Source of the DNA: Waddliaceae bacterium
GTDB taxonomy: Bacteria; Chlamydiota; Chlamydiia; Chlamydiales; SLFE01
Assembly: GCA_963771045.1 (NCBI GenBank)
Contig: CAVYRW010000002.1
Span: 28,251 to 92,250, forward strand
Direction of reading: 5' to 3'
DNA length: 64,000 nucleotides
Part shown: positions 22,086 through 32,579 of the stretch, one piece after another
Position numbering within the stretch: the stretch's first letter is position 1
Layout: each line of letters starts with the position of its first letter
Made by a program: the position numbers and the translations under genes
The notes under the pieces: model-generated
What the model was told of the DNA's origin: nothing
The model's database searches: none
The model's input: only the letters and a program-made list of their open reading frames with translations

Positions 22086-22886
22086 TCACATCTGCCTTAG
22101 AGAAGGAATGGCTTTCAGCAGGCTGATTGTATAATCTTTTTTCGGATTTTTAAAAACTTCTTCCGTTTCGCCGCTCTCTTCTAGCTTTCCCCGATTCATC
22201 ACGGCAATTCTGTCAGCAATGTGGCGCACCACGGAGAGATCGTGGGTGATAAACAAAAAGCTGAGGTTAAACTCTTCCTTAAGATCCATAAGGAGATTGA
22301 GAATTTGCGCCTGCACGGAGACGTCAAGAGCCGAAAGCGCCTCGTCGCAAATCAAAAGCTTAGGTTTCAAAGCGATGGCTCGTCCGATGCAAATCCTTTG
22401 CTGCTGCCCGCCCGAGATCTCATGAGGGTAGCGGTTCATGAGGTCGGGGGAAAGGCCCACATCTTTGAAAATATTTGCGGTATATTCGTCAAGATCCTGC
22501 TCTTCAACCAGCCCATAGTATCTCAAAGGCTCCTCGACACTCTCGCCCAAGGTCTTCCTGGGATTCAAAGAGGCGTAAGGGTCTTGAAAGATCATCTGCG
22601 CTTCTCTCCGAAACAAAGCCATCCGCTGTTTGGAAAAATGCAAAACATTTTCCCCGCGAAAATCAATTTTCCCCGAAACCGGCTCAATCAGACGAATCAC
22701 CGCCCGTCCCGTTGTGCTTTTTCCCGATCCCGTCTCGCCGACAAGTCCCAGGACCTCTTTTTCCAAAATCGAAAAATCGATGCCGTCAACAGCTCTGACT
22801 TCACCGACTTTCGATCGAAATAATCCGGCCACAATCGGAAAATAGACTTTGAGGCCGCTAACTTTGAGAATGGTTTTGTTTGTCAT
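22086..22886 (-). CDS. oppF: Peptide ABC transporter ATP-binding protein (OppF/DppF)
   Basis: GETGSGKST, YPHEISGGQQQR, ICDE. Confidence 0.88.
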   Translation of the reverse strand: MTNKTILKVSGLKVYFPIVAGLFRSKVGEVRAVDGIDFSILEKEVLGLVGETGSGKSTTGRAVIRLIEPVSGKIDFRGENVLHFSKQRMALFRREAQMIFQDPYASLNPRKTLGESVEEPLRYYGLVEEQDLDEYTANIFKDVGLSPDLMNRYPHEISGGQQQRICIGRAIALKPKLLICDEALSALDVSVQAQILNLLMDLKEEFNLSFLFITHDLSVVRHIADRIAVMNRGKLEESGETEEVFKNPKKDYTISLLKAIPSLRQM

Positions 22887-23844
22887 AAAGCCAGCATTTC
22901 GTCTTATGCCCGCCTCCTAAATCAAAATCGGGAACTTCCCCTGAGAGGCATACATCCATAACATAAGGACATCTCGGATTAAAATGACATCCCCCAGGCA
23001 GCTGTTTGATGGGCGGGACGGATCCTTCTATCACCTGGAGCTTTTCTTTGGGGCGGTGCATCTGAGGAAGCGACTTGAAGAGCGCCTGAGTGTATGGGTG
23101 GGCCATGGACTTGAAAATACTGCCGGCGTCGCCTGTTTCGATTTCCCGCGTTGCATACATCACAACCACATCGTCTGCCATTTCCGAGACAACCGCCATA
23201 TCATGGGTAATCAAAAGAAGCGCCATACCCTTTTTCCTCTGCAACTCTTTCATCAATTTGAGCACCTGCGCCTGTATCGTCACATCGAGGGCGGTCGTCG
23301 GTTCGTCGGCAATCAGGATATCCGGCTCGCACATCAGCGCCATGGCGATCATAACCCGCTGCTTCATCCCTCCTGACATCTGGTGGGGATAATCATCGAA
23401 CCTTTCCTTGGGGCGGGCAATGCCGACATCGACGAGCGCCGATAAGGCCTTTTTTTTCGCCTCGTCTCCGAAAATGCCAAGGTGCGTCTCGGCAACTTCC
23501 AGCAATTGATCGCCTATGGAGTAAACAGGGTTCAAACAACTCATCGGATCCTGGAAGATCATCGCGATATTCCGGCCCCGTATCGACCGAAGCTCTCTTT
23601 CGGAAAGGGCCAAAAGATTTTTCCCCCGATAAAGAACCTCCCCCTCGGGATGAAGGGCGGGAGGCATCGGTAAAATTCTCAGAAGCGACAAAGCGGTCAT
23701 TGTCTTGCCGCAGCCCGATTCTCCCACAATGCCAAGGGTTTTTCCCGCATGAAGTTTAAAAGAAACTTTATTAACAATGGGATAGGCTCTTTTTCCGAGC
23801 TGCAGTTTTGTCGTCAGTTCTCTTACATCAAGAATTATTTCCAT
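22858..23844 (-). CDS. oppD: Peptide ABC transporter ATP-binding protein (OppD/DppD)
   Basis: GESGCGKT, MSGGMKQR, ADEPTTALD, C-terminal GCHFNPRC. Confidence 0.9.
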   Translation of the reverse strand: MEIILDVRELTTKLQLGKRAYPIVNKVSFKLHAGKTLGIVGESGCGKTMTALSLLRILPMPPALHPEGEVLYRGKNLLALSERELRSIRGRNIAMIFQDPMSCLNPVYSIGDQLLEVAETHLGIFGDEAKKKALSALVDVGIARPKERFDDYPHQMSGGMKQRVMIAMALMCEPDILIADEPTTALDVTIQAQVLKLMKELQRKKGMALLLITHDMAVVSEMADDVVVMYATREIETGDAGSIFKSMAHPYTQALFKSLPQMHRPKEKLQVIEGSVPPIKQLPGGCHFNPRCPYVMDVCLSGEVPDFDLGGGHKTKCWLYDKQNHSQS

Positions 23845-23897
23845 ACATATACTAATAAATCCTTGATTATTAACAATACAAGAGTAATAATAGATAT

Positions 23898-25013
23898 ATG
23901 TTTAGTGAATTTATTCAAAATTGGACATTCCATTTAAATCTTTTGGTGGAGATTGTCAGCGCCATTCTCGTTACATCCGTGTTCAGCTATGCCTTCTACC
24001 GGCTGTTGAAATATTTAAGGGATTCGCGCAAAGTCCATTACCTTCTGAGAACTTTAGGGGATTCCCTCTTTACCCCGACGCAGTGGTTCATCTGGGGTTA
24101 TGCCGGAATTGTCATCCTCTCTCTCCTTATCGGCCATTTTGAGTACCTCAAGAGCAAATTTGATTTGATTCAAATTCGACGCCTCTATTTTGCCATAGGG
24201 ATGTTCTGGCTGATTCTCATGTGGAAAGACCGCATCGCCAAACACTTTATCCGCAAAGCCGCTAGCCACAAAAACCCCCGGGACGATAAAGCTCTGATCA
24301 ATGCCTTGAGCCGCATCACCACGATCGGCATTCTCGTCATCGCCTCTTTTGTCATCCTTGAAATATTTCATGTCCCCCTCACAGGGCTTTTGGCTTCCGG
24401 TGCTGTCGGCGGTATTGCCATCTCCCTTGCCGGTAAAGATGTCATCAGCAACTTCTTCGGAGGGTTGATGATCTATATTCACCGCCATTTCGTCGTCGGC
24501 GACTGGATCAAATCACCCAATAAGGGGTTTGAAGGCGTTGTGGAGAACATCGGCTGGTATTTAACGCAGATCCGCACTTTCGAAAGGCGCCCGCTCTTCA
24601 TCCCCAACTCAGTGATCACCGACGCCATCATCGAAAACCCAGGCAGAATGTACAACAGGCGCATCAAACACGACATCGGAATTCGCTATCATGATATGAA
24701 AATTGTCAGGCCCATTGTCGAGTCCATCGAAAAAATGCTCAAAGAGCATCCCGCCATCGACCAGAATCAGTATTTGATGGTGGATATGATCGAATTTGGA
24801 CCCTATTCCGTCAAGATATCGGTCTACTGCTTCACAAAAACCACCGATTGGCAACAGTGGCGTCAGGAGCAGCAGGACGTGCTGCTAAAAGTCGCCGGCA
24901 TCATCACCGATCACGGCGCCGAAATCGCCTTCCCAACAAACTCCGTCCACCTCCATACCGAGACAGCCTCTCCGGAAATCCCAGCTTTTTCCACTCCCGA
25001 TAGTGTTAACTAG
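23898..25013 (+). CDS. Small-conductance mechanosensitive channel (MscS family)
   Basis: NFFGGLMI, FVVGDWI, GVVENIG, IPNS, IAFPT. Confidence 0.9.
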   Translation: MFSEFIQNWTFHLNLLVEIVSAILVTSVFSYAFYRLLKYLRDSRKVHYLLRTLGDSLFTPTQWFIWGYAGIVILSLLIGHFEYLKSKFDLIQIRRLYFAIGMFWLILMWKDRIAKHFIRKAASHKNPRDDKALINALSRITTIGILVIASFVILEIFHVPLTGLLASGAVGGIAISLAGKDVISNFFGGLMIYIHRHFVVGDWIKSPNKGFEGVVENIGWYLTQIRTFERRPLFIPNSVITDAIIENPGRMYNRRIKHDIGIRYHDMKIVRPIVESIEKMLKEHPAIDQNQYLMVDMIEFGPYSVKISVYCFTKTTDWQQWRQEQQDVLLKVAGIITDHGAEIAFPTNSVHLHTETASPEIPAFSTPDSVN

Positions 25014-25418
25014 TTACAACAACTTAGCGCCGGGGAAAACCGTCCCCGAGTGGTAAAACCACTCGTCTCCGATCTTTTCGAAACGGCTCTCTTCAGTGAA
25101 TGTGGCGTCGCGCCCGTCCTGCATCAGGTAGGCGATAAAAGTGACAAAAGCAAGATCGCCTGACTCTTTAACATCCCGGACATCGAGCTTTTGAAATGTT
25201 GTATCGCGAGAAAAATCCTCTAGCTCCTCTTTCGAAGGCTTCGCCGTATCGGGATGGGTCGTTTTCAAAATATAATCAACAAGGCCAAGCGCGTAGGCCG
25301 AATAACGCGAACGCATCAAAGCTTCAGGCCCCGGAAGGCTGTCTGCCTTCATGAAATTTTCTGCAGCAATCCCGGTACAACTTTCCGCTGCACAGGGACA
25401 TGCCAAATCATTTGTCAT
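25014..25418 (-). CDS. YchJ family (SEC-C associated) protein
   Basis: EALMRSRYSAY, YILKTTHP, EESRFEK..EWFY. Confidence 0.85.
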   Translation of the reverse strand: MTNDLACPCAAESCTGIAAENFMKADSLPGPEALMRSRYSAYALGLVDYILKTTHPDTAKPSKEELEDFSRDTTFQKLDVRDVKESGDLAFVTFIAYLMQDGRDATFTEESRFEKIGDEWFYHSGTVFPGAKLL

Positions 25419-25451
25419 AAATACTACCTAAGGTTACCATATTCTACAAAT

Positions 25452-26507
25452 ATGCGTAAATTCCTGATTCTATTAATTCTTATTCCGGCTGCGATATTCA
25501 TCATCCCGAAAACCATCGCAATGCGTTCGATCGCTCCTGAGCAGAGTGAGCTTTTTTTAAAAGAAATCGTCGAGAAGGTCATACCGGTAAAGATTTCCGG
25601 GGCGCCGACAGCCTCCAATCCCGCGCTTATCCATTTTGAGGACCATTATCTCATGGTCTTCCGTTATGACAAACCCGTCGGGCTTTCGGTGAAAAAAATC
25701 TGGAAGAAAACATCTCCTTATTTAGGAATCGTCGAACTGGATAAGAACTTTCAGCCAATCGCCCCTTTTCAGCAGCTGAATACCCGGGAAGACCGCCCTG
25801 AAGTGACCATGCAGGCAGAAGATCCGAGGCTGATCGATCTTGGAGAAAAAGTCTTTCTCATTTTTAACGATATCAAGGAAGGGACAAAATTCGGAAACCG
25901 CTGGATGTATATAGCGGAAATCAAACGCAAGAAGAAGGCGTTTACTCTCGGCAAAATCCACCACATCAAACCGCCCAACCGCCCCGCAAGGGTTGAAAAA
26001 AACTGGATGCCTTTCATTTATAAAGATGAGCTCTATATGGTCTACCAGCCGTCGCCACACGAAGTCTTCAAAGTCAATCCGGAAGACGGCAAAGTCGAAA
26101 AGCTGTTCATCACCGAAGCCGATTTTCATTGGCCGCTGGGGGAAGTCCGCGGAGGGACCCAAGCCATTGAATTCGAGGGGCGGTATCTGACATTTATGCA
26201 CTCGTCAGTTTGGACTGAGCCGACAGTTTGGCGTAAAAATCCCATTCGTTATTATTTCATGGGAGCGTACACCTTTGAAAATAACCCCCCTTTTGCCGTT
26301 ACCTCCTACACACCGGGGCCCCTTCACCATCCCGAGTTTTATCTGGCGCGCAATTGGAAAAGAGTCGTCTTTCCCAGCGGACTCGTGAGCGATAAGTCTT
26401 ATTTTTACGTCGCTTACGGAGAAAATGACCGGCACATCAACATCGCCGTTATTGATAAACAACGACTTAAGGAATCCCTTATCCCTTTATCCCATACTTC
26501 CAATTAG
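25452..26507 (+). CDS. Exported five-bladed beta-propeller glycosidase/phosphorylase-like protein (GH130-like)
   Basis: Signal or anchor at ATG 25452; NPALI, EDPRL, EKNWMPF, RGGT, VVFPSG, YGEND motifs. Confidence 0.65.
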   Translation: MRKFLILLILIPAAIFIIPKTIAMRSIAPEQSELFLKEIVEKVIPVKISGAPTASNPALIHFEDHYLMVFRYDKPVGLSVKKIWKKTSPYLGIVELDKNFQPIAPFQQLNTREDRPEVTMQAEDPRLIDLGEKVFLIFNDIKEGTKFGNRWMYIAEIKRKKKAFTLGKIHHIKPPNRPARVEKNWMPFIYKDELYMVYQPSPHEVFKVNPEDGKVEKLFITEADFHWPLGEVRGGTQAIEFEGRYLTFMHSSVWTEPTVWRKNPIRYYFMGAYTFENNPPFAVTSYTPGPLHHPEFYLARNWKRVVFPSGLVSDKSYFYVAYGENDRHINIAVIDKQRLKESLIPLSHTSN

Positions 26508-26533
26508 ACTTCCCATAAGTTATAAGGAGATTT

Positions 26534-28900
26534 ATGGGAAATACAGAGAATTATGAACGGTTGACGATTGCTTTCGATCTGCTCCATACGGGAGTTTGGG
26601 ACTGGAACCCGTCCTTAAACACACTTTATGGGTCAAAACAGTTCTTCTCGATTTTAGGGTATCGGCAGCCCCCGAAAACTTTCTCGCTTAAAGATTTTCT
26701 TGAACATATTCATAAGGACCATAGAGCTAAGGTACGGCTGACGCTTGAAAAGCATAGTGAAGAAAAAAACAATTTCGATTTTGCTTTCCTCCTTCGCGCC
26801 GAAAACGACATCTGGCTTCATACAACAGGAGAAGTCTTCGAGTCGGGTCGCATTGTCGGCACAGTCACCGATATCACAGAGCAAAAACTTTCAGACATCG
26901 CCCTTCGCGAAAGCGAAGCGACCTTGGAAAACCTCTTGATCATCACCTCCGATGAAAACCTGACATTCAATGAAAAGGTCTTGTCGCTTCTTAAAATGTG
27001 CCAAATGAGCCTTCAGATGGAAAGCGGGGCTTGTGGAAAAGCAAGCAATGGAATCATCAAAATTCTCCACCGCATCAGCCTTTATGAAAGCCTTCAATCG
27101 GAAGCTATGGGGCCTTTGGCAAAAAATGGCATAAAGGAAATGCTTCAAACAAAACAGCCTGTTTCTTACAGAAAGGCAGAAAAAAACGAAAGCGGCTCTT
27201 TTATTGGGGCGCCTATCCTCGCCGAGGATAGAGTATTCGGGGCCGTCTGGTTTTCAAGCCGTGAAAAAAGGGAGAGAAAATTTACAAACCGCGATTTTTC
27301 TTTGGTGCAGATTATTGCTCAATGGATAGGAAATTCTCTTGTCAATTTTAATACGCAAAGGATCCTGGAGATCGAAAAGGAAAAATCCGACAGCGCCAAT
27401 AAAGCCAAAACAGAATTTCTCGAAAACATGAGCCATGAAATCCGAACGCCATTAAACGGCATTATCGGAACGGCCAACCTCCTGCTGGATACCCCTCTCA
27501 ATAAAAAACAATCCTCCTATGTCATGGCGCTTCTCAAATCATCCGATGTTTTACTTTCCCTGGTCAATAAGATTCTCGATTACTCGAAAGCTGAAATCGG
27601 ACAAATCGAGCTGGAAGAACACCCTTTCAACCTGGAGACTTTTATCAAAGAGATCCTTCAAGCTGCCGAAAAAAAGGCTGAAGGAAAAGATCTCGAAGTG
27701 CAACGCCATATGGACATGGATATTCCCGAATATCTGATCGGCGATTCTATCCGGATAAGACAGGTTATCGAGAGCCTGATCGAAAACGCATTCAAGTTTA
27801 CAAGCAAAGGGCATGTCCGCCTTGAGGTCCGGCCCCTCCAAATCAATGACGTCGATGTGGAGCTGCAATTTTCAGTAAAAGACACAGGCATCGGCATACC
27901 CGAAGCTATGCTCGCCTCCATTTTTGATAAATTTCATCAGGCAGACAGCTCGACTACAAGAAAATACGGCGGACTTGGACTTGGACTTGCCATTTGCAAA
28001 GAAGTGGCAAAAATACTTGGAGGGGAGCTTGGAGTAGAGAGCACTCCGGGCATCGGCTCTAAATTCTGGCTTTCGGTCCCTTTAAAAATCGACCAGAAAG
28101 CGTTTGTCTCTCCCTACAAGGTCCAATCCCTTTCAGATTCCAAAACAAGTTCAAAAAATAAAGAGAACTCTATATCGGCAAATCACTGCCAAATCCTTAT
28201 CGTCGACGACAATCCCGTCAGCCTTGAAACCCTGTCAGATATTCTCGAAAGCTGCGAATGTCTTGTAACTCCTGCAAGAGGCGGCACAGAAGCGGTCAAT
28301 CTGGCAAAAATTGGGACCTACGACCTCATTTTTATGGATTGCCGCATGCCCCATATGGACGGTTTTAAGGCAATGCAGCTCATTAGATTCTATCAAAAAG
28401 CCAAAGGCATTCCCAAAACGCCGATCATCGCCCTAACAGCCCATCTGCTCGACAAGGAAAAGGAGAAATCCTTCGCGGAAGGGATGGATGACTACCTGTC
28501 AAAACCTTTTGAAAGAGATGATATTGTCAACGCCCTTTTCAAATGGGTGCCTCATAAAATCACCCAAAATAATGAAACAGTCCTCAAACATTTGAAAAAG
28601 TATTTCGGCAGCCAGTTCCCTAAAATTATTAACGCCTATTTCCAAACGGCTGAAGAGCTTATCAAATCCATTGAAGAAGGAATTGAATCAAACAACCCTT
28701 CGAAAATTTCTCTATCGGCACGCACATTGCAATGCTGCAGCGCCCAGATCAGCCAGCACTTTATCGAAAAACTTGCGGAAAAAATCGACGCTGCCTGCCG
28801 CGAAGAAGACAAAAAAGTTCTAAAGAAAGATATAAAAACCTTAAAAGCAACTTTGAAAAAGCTGAAAAGCTGCTATGAAAAAATAGTTGTCAAAGGGTAA
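26534..28900 (+). CDS. Hybrid sensor histidine kinase (PAS-GAF-HisKA-HATPase-REC-degenerate Hpt)
   Basis: MSHEIRTPLNGI, ENAFKFT, DTGIGI, GGLGLGL, FMDCRMP. Confidence 0.92.
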   Translation: MGNTENYERLTIAFDLLHTGVWDWNPSLNTLYGSKQFFSILGYRQPPKTFSLKDFLEHIHKDHRAKVRLTLEKHSEEKNNFDFAFLLRAENDIWLHTTGEVFESGRIVGTVTDITEQKLSDIALRESEATLENLLIITSDENLTFNEKVLSLLKMCQMSLQMESGACGKASNGIIKILHRISLYESLQSEAMGPLAKNGIKEMLQTKQPVSYRKAEKNESGSFIGAPILAEDRVFGAVWFSSREKRERKFTNRDFSLVQIIAQWIGNSLVNFNTQRILEIEKEKSDSANKAKTEFLENMSHEIRTPLNGIIGTANLLLDTPLNKKQSSYVMALLKSSDVLLSLVNKILDYSKAEIGQIELEEHPFNLETFIKEILQAAEKKAEGKDLEVQRHMDMDIPEYLIGDSIRIRQVIESLIENAFKFTSKGHVRLEVRPLQINDVDVELQFSVKDTGIGIPEAMLASIFDKFHQADSSTTRKYGGLGLGLAICKEVAKILGGELGVESTPGIGSKFWLSVPLKIDQKAFVSPYKVQSLSDSKTSSKNKENSISANHCQILIVDDNPVSLETLSDILESCECLVTPARGGTEAVNLAKIGTYDLIFMDCRMPHMDGFKAMQLIRFYQKAKGIPKTPIIALTAHLLDKEKEKSFAEGMDDYLSKPFERDDIVNALFKWVPHKITQNNETVLKHLKKYFGSQFPKIINAYFQTAEELIKSIEEGIESNNPSKISLSARTLQCCSAQISQHFIEKLAEKIDAACREEDKKVLKKDIKTLKATLKKLKSCYEKIVVKG

Positions 28901-28903
28901 AAA

Positions 28904-31900
28904 ATGAGAATAAATAAAAAGTTAACTCTTTTTTATTTTCTGACCTTGGCCACAGCAGTCATTACTGTAGCTGTCATAGGTCTTTTTGCCTACTTCTATC
29001 GAGACTTTATTATGTCCGGGATCTCCCTTGGAATTATAGGCTTCATTTTTCTTGCCATTGTTTACCCGTTTTTTTCAAGGCTCAAAGAAACCGACAAACA
29101 GCTGACTGATAAAAACGAAGAGTTCAGGATAATTTTTAACAAGTCGCACGACTGCATTTTCGGCTGCAACGAAGAAGGGCGCATTCTGGCTGTCAACGAT
29201 CGTGTGGAACATGCTCTTAGCTATAAACCTGAAGAGATCATCGGAACCAGACTGTTTTCCCACTTTGTTGAACTTCCCGAAAGCAAAAACATCACTGATT
29301 TGTTAAACGAAAATTTTGAGATCACGCTGATTAAAAAAGACGGATCCTATATGCCCGGAAAACTTCTCATGTCCAGATGCGGTAAACGGGTGACAGCTTT
29401 TATCGAAGAGACGACCCTCCTCAAAGAAGCGGAAAGAGATATTTTGGATATCACTCGGCAATACAAAGAATCCGAAGAACGCTACGATCTGGCCACCCAA
29501 GGCTCCTCGGTGGGAATCTGGGACTGGGATCTAGTCAACGATCATTTCTATGCCTCCAATGTTTGCTACGACATGCTGGGGTTCCGCCGAGGCGACCTCC
29601 CCGAGATTTTTGCCTCTTTCGTCGGCCTTCTTCATCCTGAGGACAAAGAGAGGGTCGTAAAAGCCGTAACAGACCATTTAAAAGACCATAAAGTATACGA
29701 CATCGAATATCGCATCCGCCATAAACAGGGCCATTACCCCTGGATACACGCCCGCGGCCAGGCGATTTGGGACAACGAAGGAAGAGCCTATCGAATGGCA
29801 GGCTCTATTGATGACATCAATTCTAAAATCGAATCCAAAAAAGTGCTCGAGCAAAACGAATCATCCCTTAGGCATCTATATACAGTTACCACTTCCCCAA
29901 ACCTCACTTTGGAGGAAAAAATCAATTCTTTGCTCCACCTGTGCCATCAGCGGTTTCAAATGAAATTTGGAGCTTTCGGCTGCTGCAAAGATAGCCGGGT
30001 GGTGATCCAAAACGTAATCACTGCCGACGGCAGCCTGCTTCCTGGAGACACATTCAATCAATCCAGCTCCTTTTTAGCCCCGATCATGGAAGAATTGAAA
30101 GCGATTCAAATCAACGACATCCGGCAAACAAAATGGAAAGACACTCCCTGCATAAAAAAACGCAATATCAGCTCGTATCTTGGAGTGCCGATTTTTGTCG
30201 ACGGCAAGCCCTATGGCGCCCTTTGCTTTTTTAATTCCTCTGAAGAAAAAATCGAGTTAACCAAACAGCAACTAACATTCCTCAATATTGTCGGAGCCTG
30301 GATAGGGATGGAAATTTCCCGCAAGCGCTATCAACAAACGCTCAAAGAAGAAAAAATCAAAGCTGATGAGGCAAATCGCGCGAAAACAGAATTTCTTCAA
30401 AACATGAGCCATGAAATCCGCATCCCCATGAACGGGATCATGGGCATGGCCTACCTCTTAATGGATACCGACATAAACGACCGGCAAAAAAAATACGCAA
30501 ACGGAGTGCTATCCTGCTCGGAAAACCTTTTGTCAATCATCGAAGATATCCTGGATATCTCACGGATAGAGACGGGGAAAATCGGCTTGTACAAATCGTC
30601 TTTCAGCCTTAAAGAACTGATCTTCGATACCACGAAACAAACGGCTGCATTTGCGAAAAAACAAGACATAAACTTTTTTCTCCGCTACGATCCCAAGGCG
30701 CCGGAATTTTTTATCGAAGACCAAAAGCGGATCGGGCAGATCATCGGGAATCTGCTCACAAACGCTCTTAAGTTTACCTCCGATGGATATATTTATGTCG
30801 ATGTCCAAATGACAAACGAAACAAATGATGAGGCGGCGATCAAAATTTCCATCGAAGATACAGGTATTGGCATCCCCGAAGACAAGCAGCAGGTTATTTT
30901 CGAAAAGTTTCAGCAGGTTGACTCGTTATCATCTAAAAAATATGGAGGGCTTGGCATCGGTCTTTCGATATGCAAAAATCTTGCCTCCTTCATGAATGGG
31001 GAATTAGGACTCAAAAGCCGGCCTAATGTCGGATCGACATTCTGGCTGGCTCTCCCGATGAAAAAAGACCCTGAAAAGCCGAAGGAAAAAATCATCTCCC
31101 ATCGGATGAATGGAAAAACTGCCTGCCTGATAACCGATAGTGAAATTCTCAGCCGGATCATTGCCGAACAGTTCGAGGAGTTCGGCATAGCCTGCCTATC
31201 TACAAATAATCTTCAAGGACTTTTCAACAATCTGAAAGCAGCCAAAACTTTCCGGCCAATTGATATCGTCATTATTGATGAGTTGATTTTGGACAAGGAA
31301 TCGGAAAGAAATATCAAAGGCATACAGTCTCTAAAATCATTTATAAATACTCCTTTTATTTTAATTGAGCACAGTTTTGCCGAAGCTCCATTGCATCGGC
31401 AAAACAAGTGGAGCGCCATCCTGACAAAACCTTTTCTTGCAGATGATCTCTTAGAAGAAGCCGATTCGCTGCTTTATGAACAAAGAGAAGAACCCAAACA
31501 AGTGAAACTAGAAGATATCCCACTTGTGTCCAAAATAAAAGAAACGCCTCATATTCTAGTTGTTGAAGACGATCCCGTCAGTCAGCAAGTGATTGGCGAA
31601 ATGCTAACAAAATGGGATTTCCGGGTCTCCATTGCAGGCAACGGAAAAGAGGCCGTGGGCATGGCTAAGTCGCATCGCTACAACCTGATCCTGATGGACT
31701 GCGTGATGCCGGAAATGGACGGTTACGAAGCGGCAAAAACCATTCGGGAGCTGGAGAAAGACAAAGGCATGCAAAGAACTCCCATTGTAGCCCTGACAGC
31801 GCGTTCCGAAAGAGGAGAAGACCAAAAATGTTATGACGCCGGCATGGACGGCTATATCAAAAAACCCATTCGGAAGCCGGCCTTGCAAAAGGCCTTGAAA

Positions 31901-31921
31901 AAATGGATCGAAAAGTCTTAA
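28904..31921 (+). CDS. Membrane-anchored hybrid histidine kinase (2 TM, 2 PAS, GAF, HisKA, HATPase, 2 REC)
   Basis: MSHEIRIPMNGI, NALKFT, DTGIGI, LMDCVMP; the first REC is degenerate. Confidence 0.92.
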   Translation: MRINKKLTLFYFLTLATAVITVAVIGLFAYFYRDFIMSGISLGIIGFIFLAIVYPFFSRLKETDKQLTDKNEEFRIIFNKSHDCIFGCNEEGRILAVNDRVEHALSYKPEEIIGTRLFSHFVELPESKNITDLLNENFEITLIKKDGSYMPGKLLMSRCGKRVTAFIEETTLLKEAERDILDITRQYKESEERYDLATQGSSVGIWDWDLVNDHFYASNVCYDMLGFRRGDLPEIFASFVGLLHPEDKERVVKAVTDHLKDHKVYDIEYRIRHKQGHYPWIHARGQAIWDNEGRAYRMAGSIDDINSKIESKKVLEQNESSLRHLYTVTTSPNLTLEEKINSLLHLCHQRFQMKFGAFGCCKDSRVVIQNVITADGSLLPGDTFNQSSSFLAPIMEELKAIQINDIRQTKWKDTPCIKKRNISSYLGVPIFVDGKPYGALCFFNSSEEKIELTKQQLTFLNIVGAWIGMEISRKRYQQTLKEEKIKADEANRAKTEFLQNMSHEIRIPMNGIMGMAYLLMDTDINDRQKKYANGVLSCSENLLSIIEDILDISRIETGKIGLYKSSFSLKELIFDTTKQTAAFAKKQDINFFLRYDPKAPEFFIEDQKRIGQIIGNLLTNALKFTSDGYIYVDVQMTNETNDEAAIKISIEDTGIGIPEDKQQVIFEKFQQVDSLSSKKYGGLGIGLSICKNLASFMNGELGLKSRPNVGSTFWLALPMKKDPEKPKEKIISHRMNGKTACLITDSEILSRIIAEQFEEFGIACLSTNNLQGLFNNLKAAKTFRPIDIVIIDELILDKESERNIKGIQSLKSFINTPFILIEHSFAEAPLHRQNKWSAILTKPFLADDLLEEADSLLYEQREEPKQVKLEDIPLVSKIKETPHILVVEDDPVSQQVIGEMLTKWDFRVSIAGNGKEAVGMAKSHRYNLILMDCVMPEMDGYEAAKTIRELEKDKGMQRTPIVALTARSERGEDQKCYDAGMDGYIKKPIRKPALQKALKKWIEKS

Positions 31922-31934
31922 AATCGACACCTCC

Positions 31935-32579
31935 ATGATAAAAAAACAGACAGAAGCATTCAAGTGGTTGGAATTCTCCCTGCTTCAGGAGTTTCCCCGC
32001 CTGAGCCACAGCATCTCCCTAAGGGACTTTAAGCCCCAGTGCTGTCCTGCCCTCGCAAAACAGGTCCACGGAACAAAAATCCTCAAACTGCCCGCTATGC
32101 CGCCGCTAGTCGGCGATGCCCTGACCACCAATGAGAAAAACCTTCCCATCGCTATCAAACATGCCGACTGCCAAGCAGCGCTCATCTACGATCCTATCTG
32201 CCATGCAGCCAGCTGCGTTCACTCCGGATGGAGGGGAAGCATACAAAACATTTATGGCAAAACAATTGCTCAAATGCAAAAAGATTACGGCTCAAACCCC
32301 GCTGACCTCATCATGTGCATAGGCCCCAGCCTCGGACCGGACCATGCCGAATTTATCCACTACAAAACAGAGATCCCCGAAGAATTTTGGCCATTTAAGG
32401 TCAAACAAAATCATTTTAATTTTTGGGAAATCAGCCGAAAACAGGCGCTCGATGGCGGCATCCTTGCCCATCATTTGGAAATCGCAGGAATCTGCACTTA
32501 TGAAAACGAGAAAGAATTTTATTCCTATCGAAGAGACAAAACGCATAGCAGACACCTCACGATTATCACCCTCCTATGA
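31935..32579 (+). CDS. pgeF: YfiH/PgeF laccase-domain protein
   Basis: QVHG, HADC, HSGWRG, IGPSL, FYSYRR. Confidence 0.88.
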   Translation: MIKKQTEAFKWLEFSLLQEFPRLSHSISLRDFKPQCCPALAKQVHGTKILKLPAMPPLVGDALTTNEKNLPIAIKHADCQAALIYDPICHAASCVHSGWRGSIQNIYGKTIAQMQKDYGSNPADLIMCIGPSLGPDHAEFIHYKTEIPEEFWPFKVKQNHFNFWEISRKQALDGGILAHHLEIAGICTYENEKEFYSYRRDKTHSRHLTIITLL

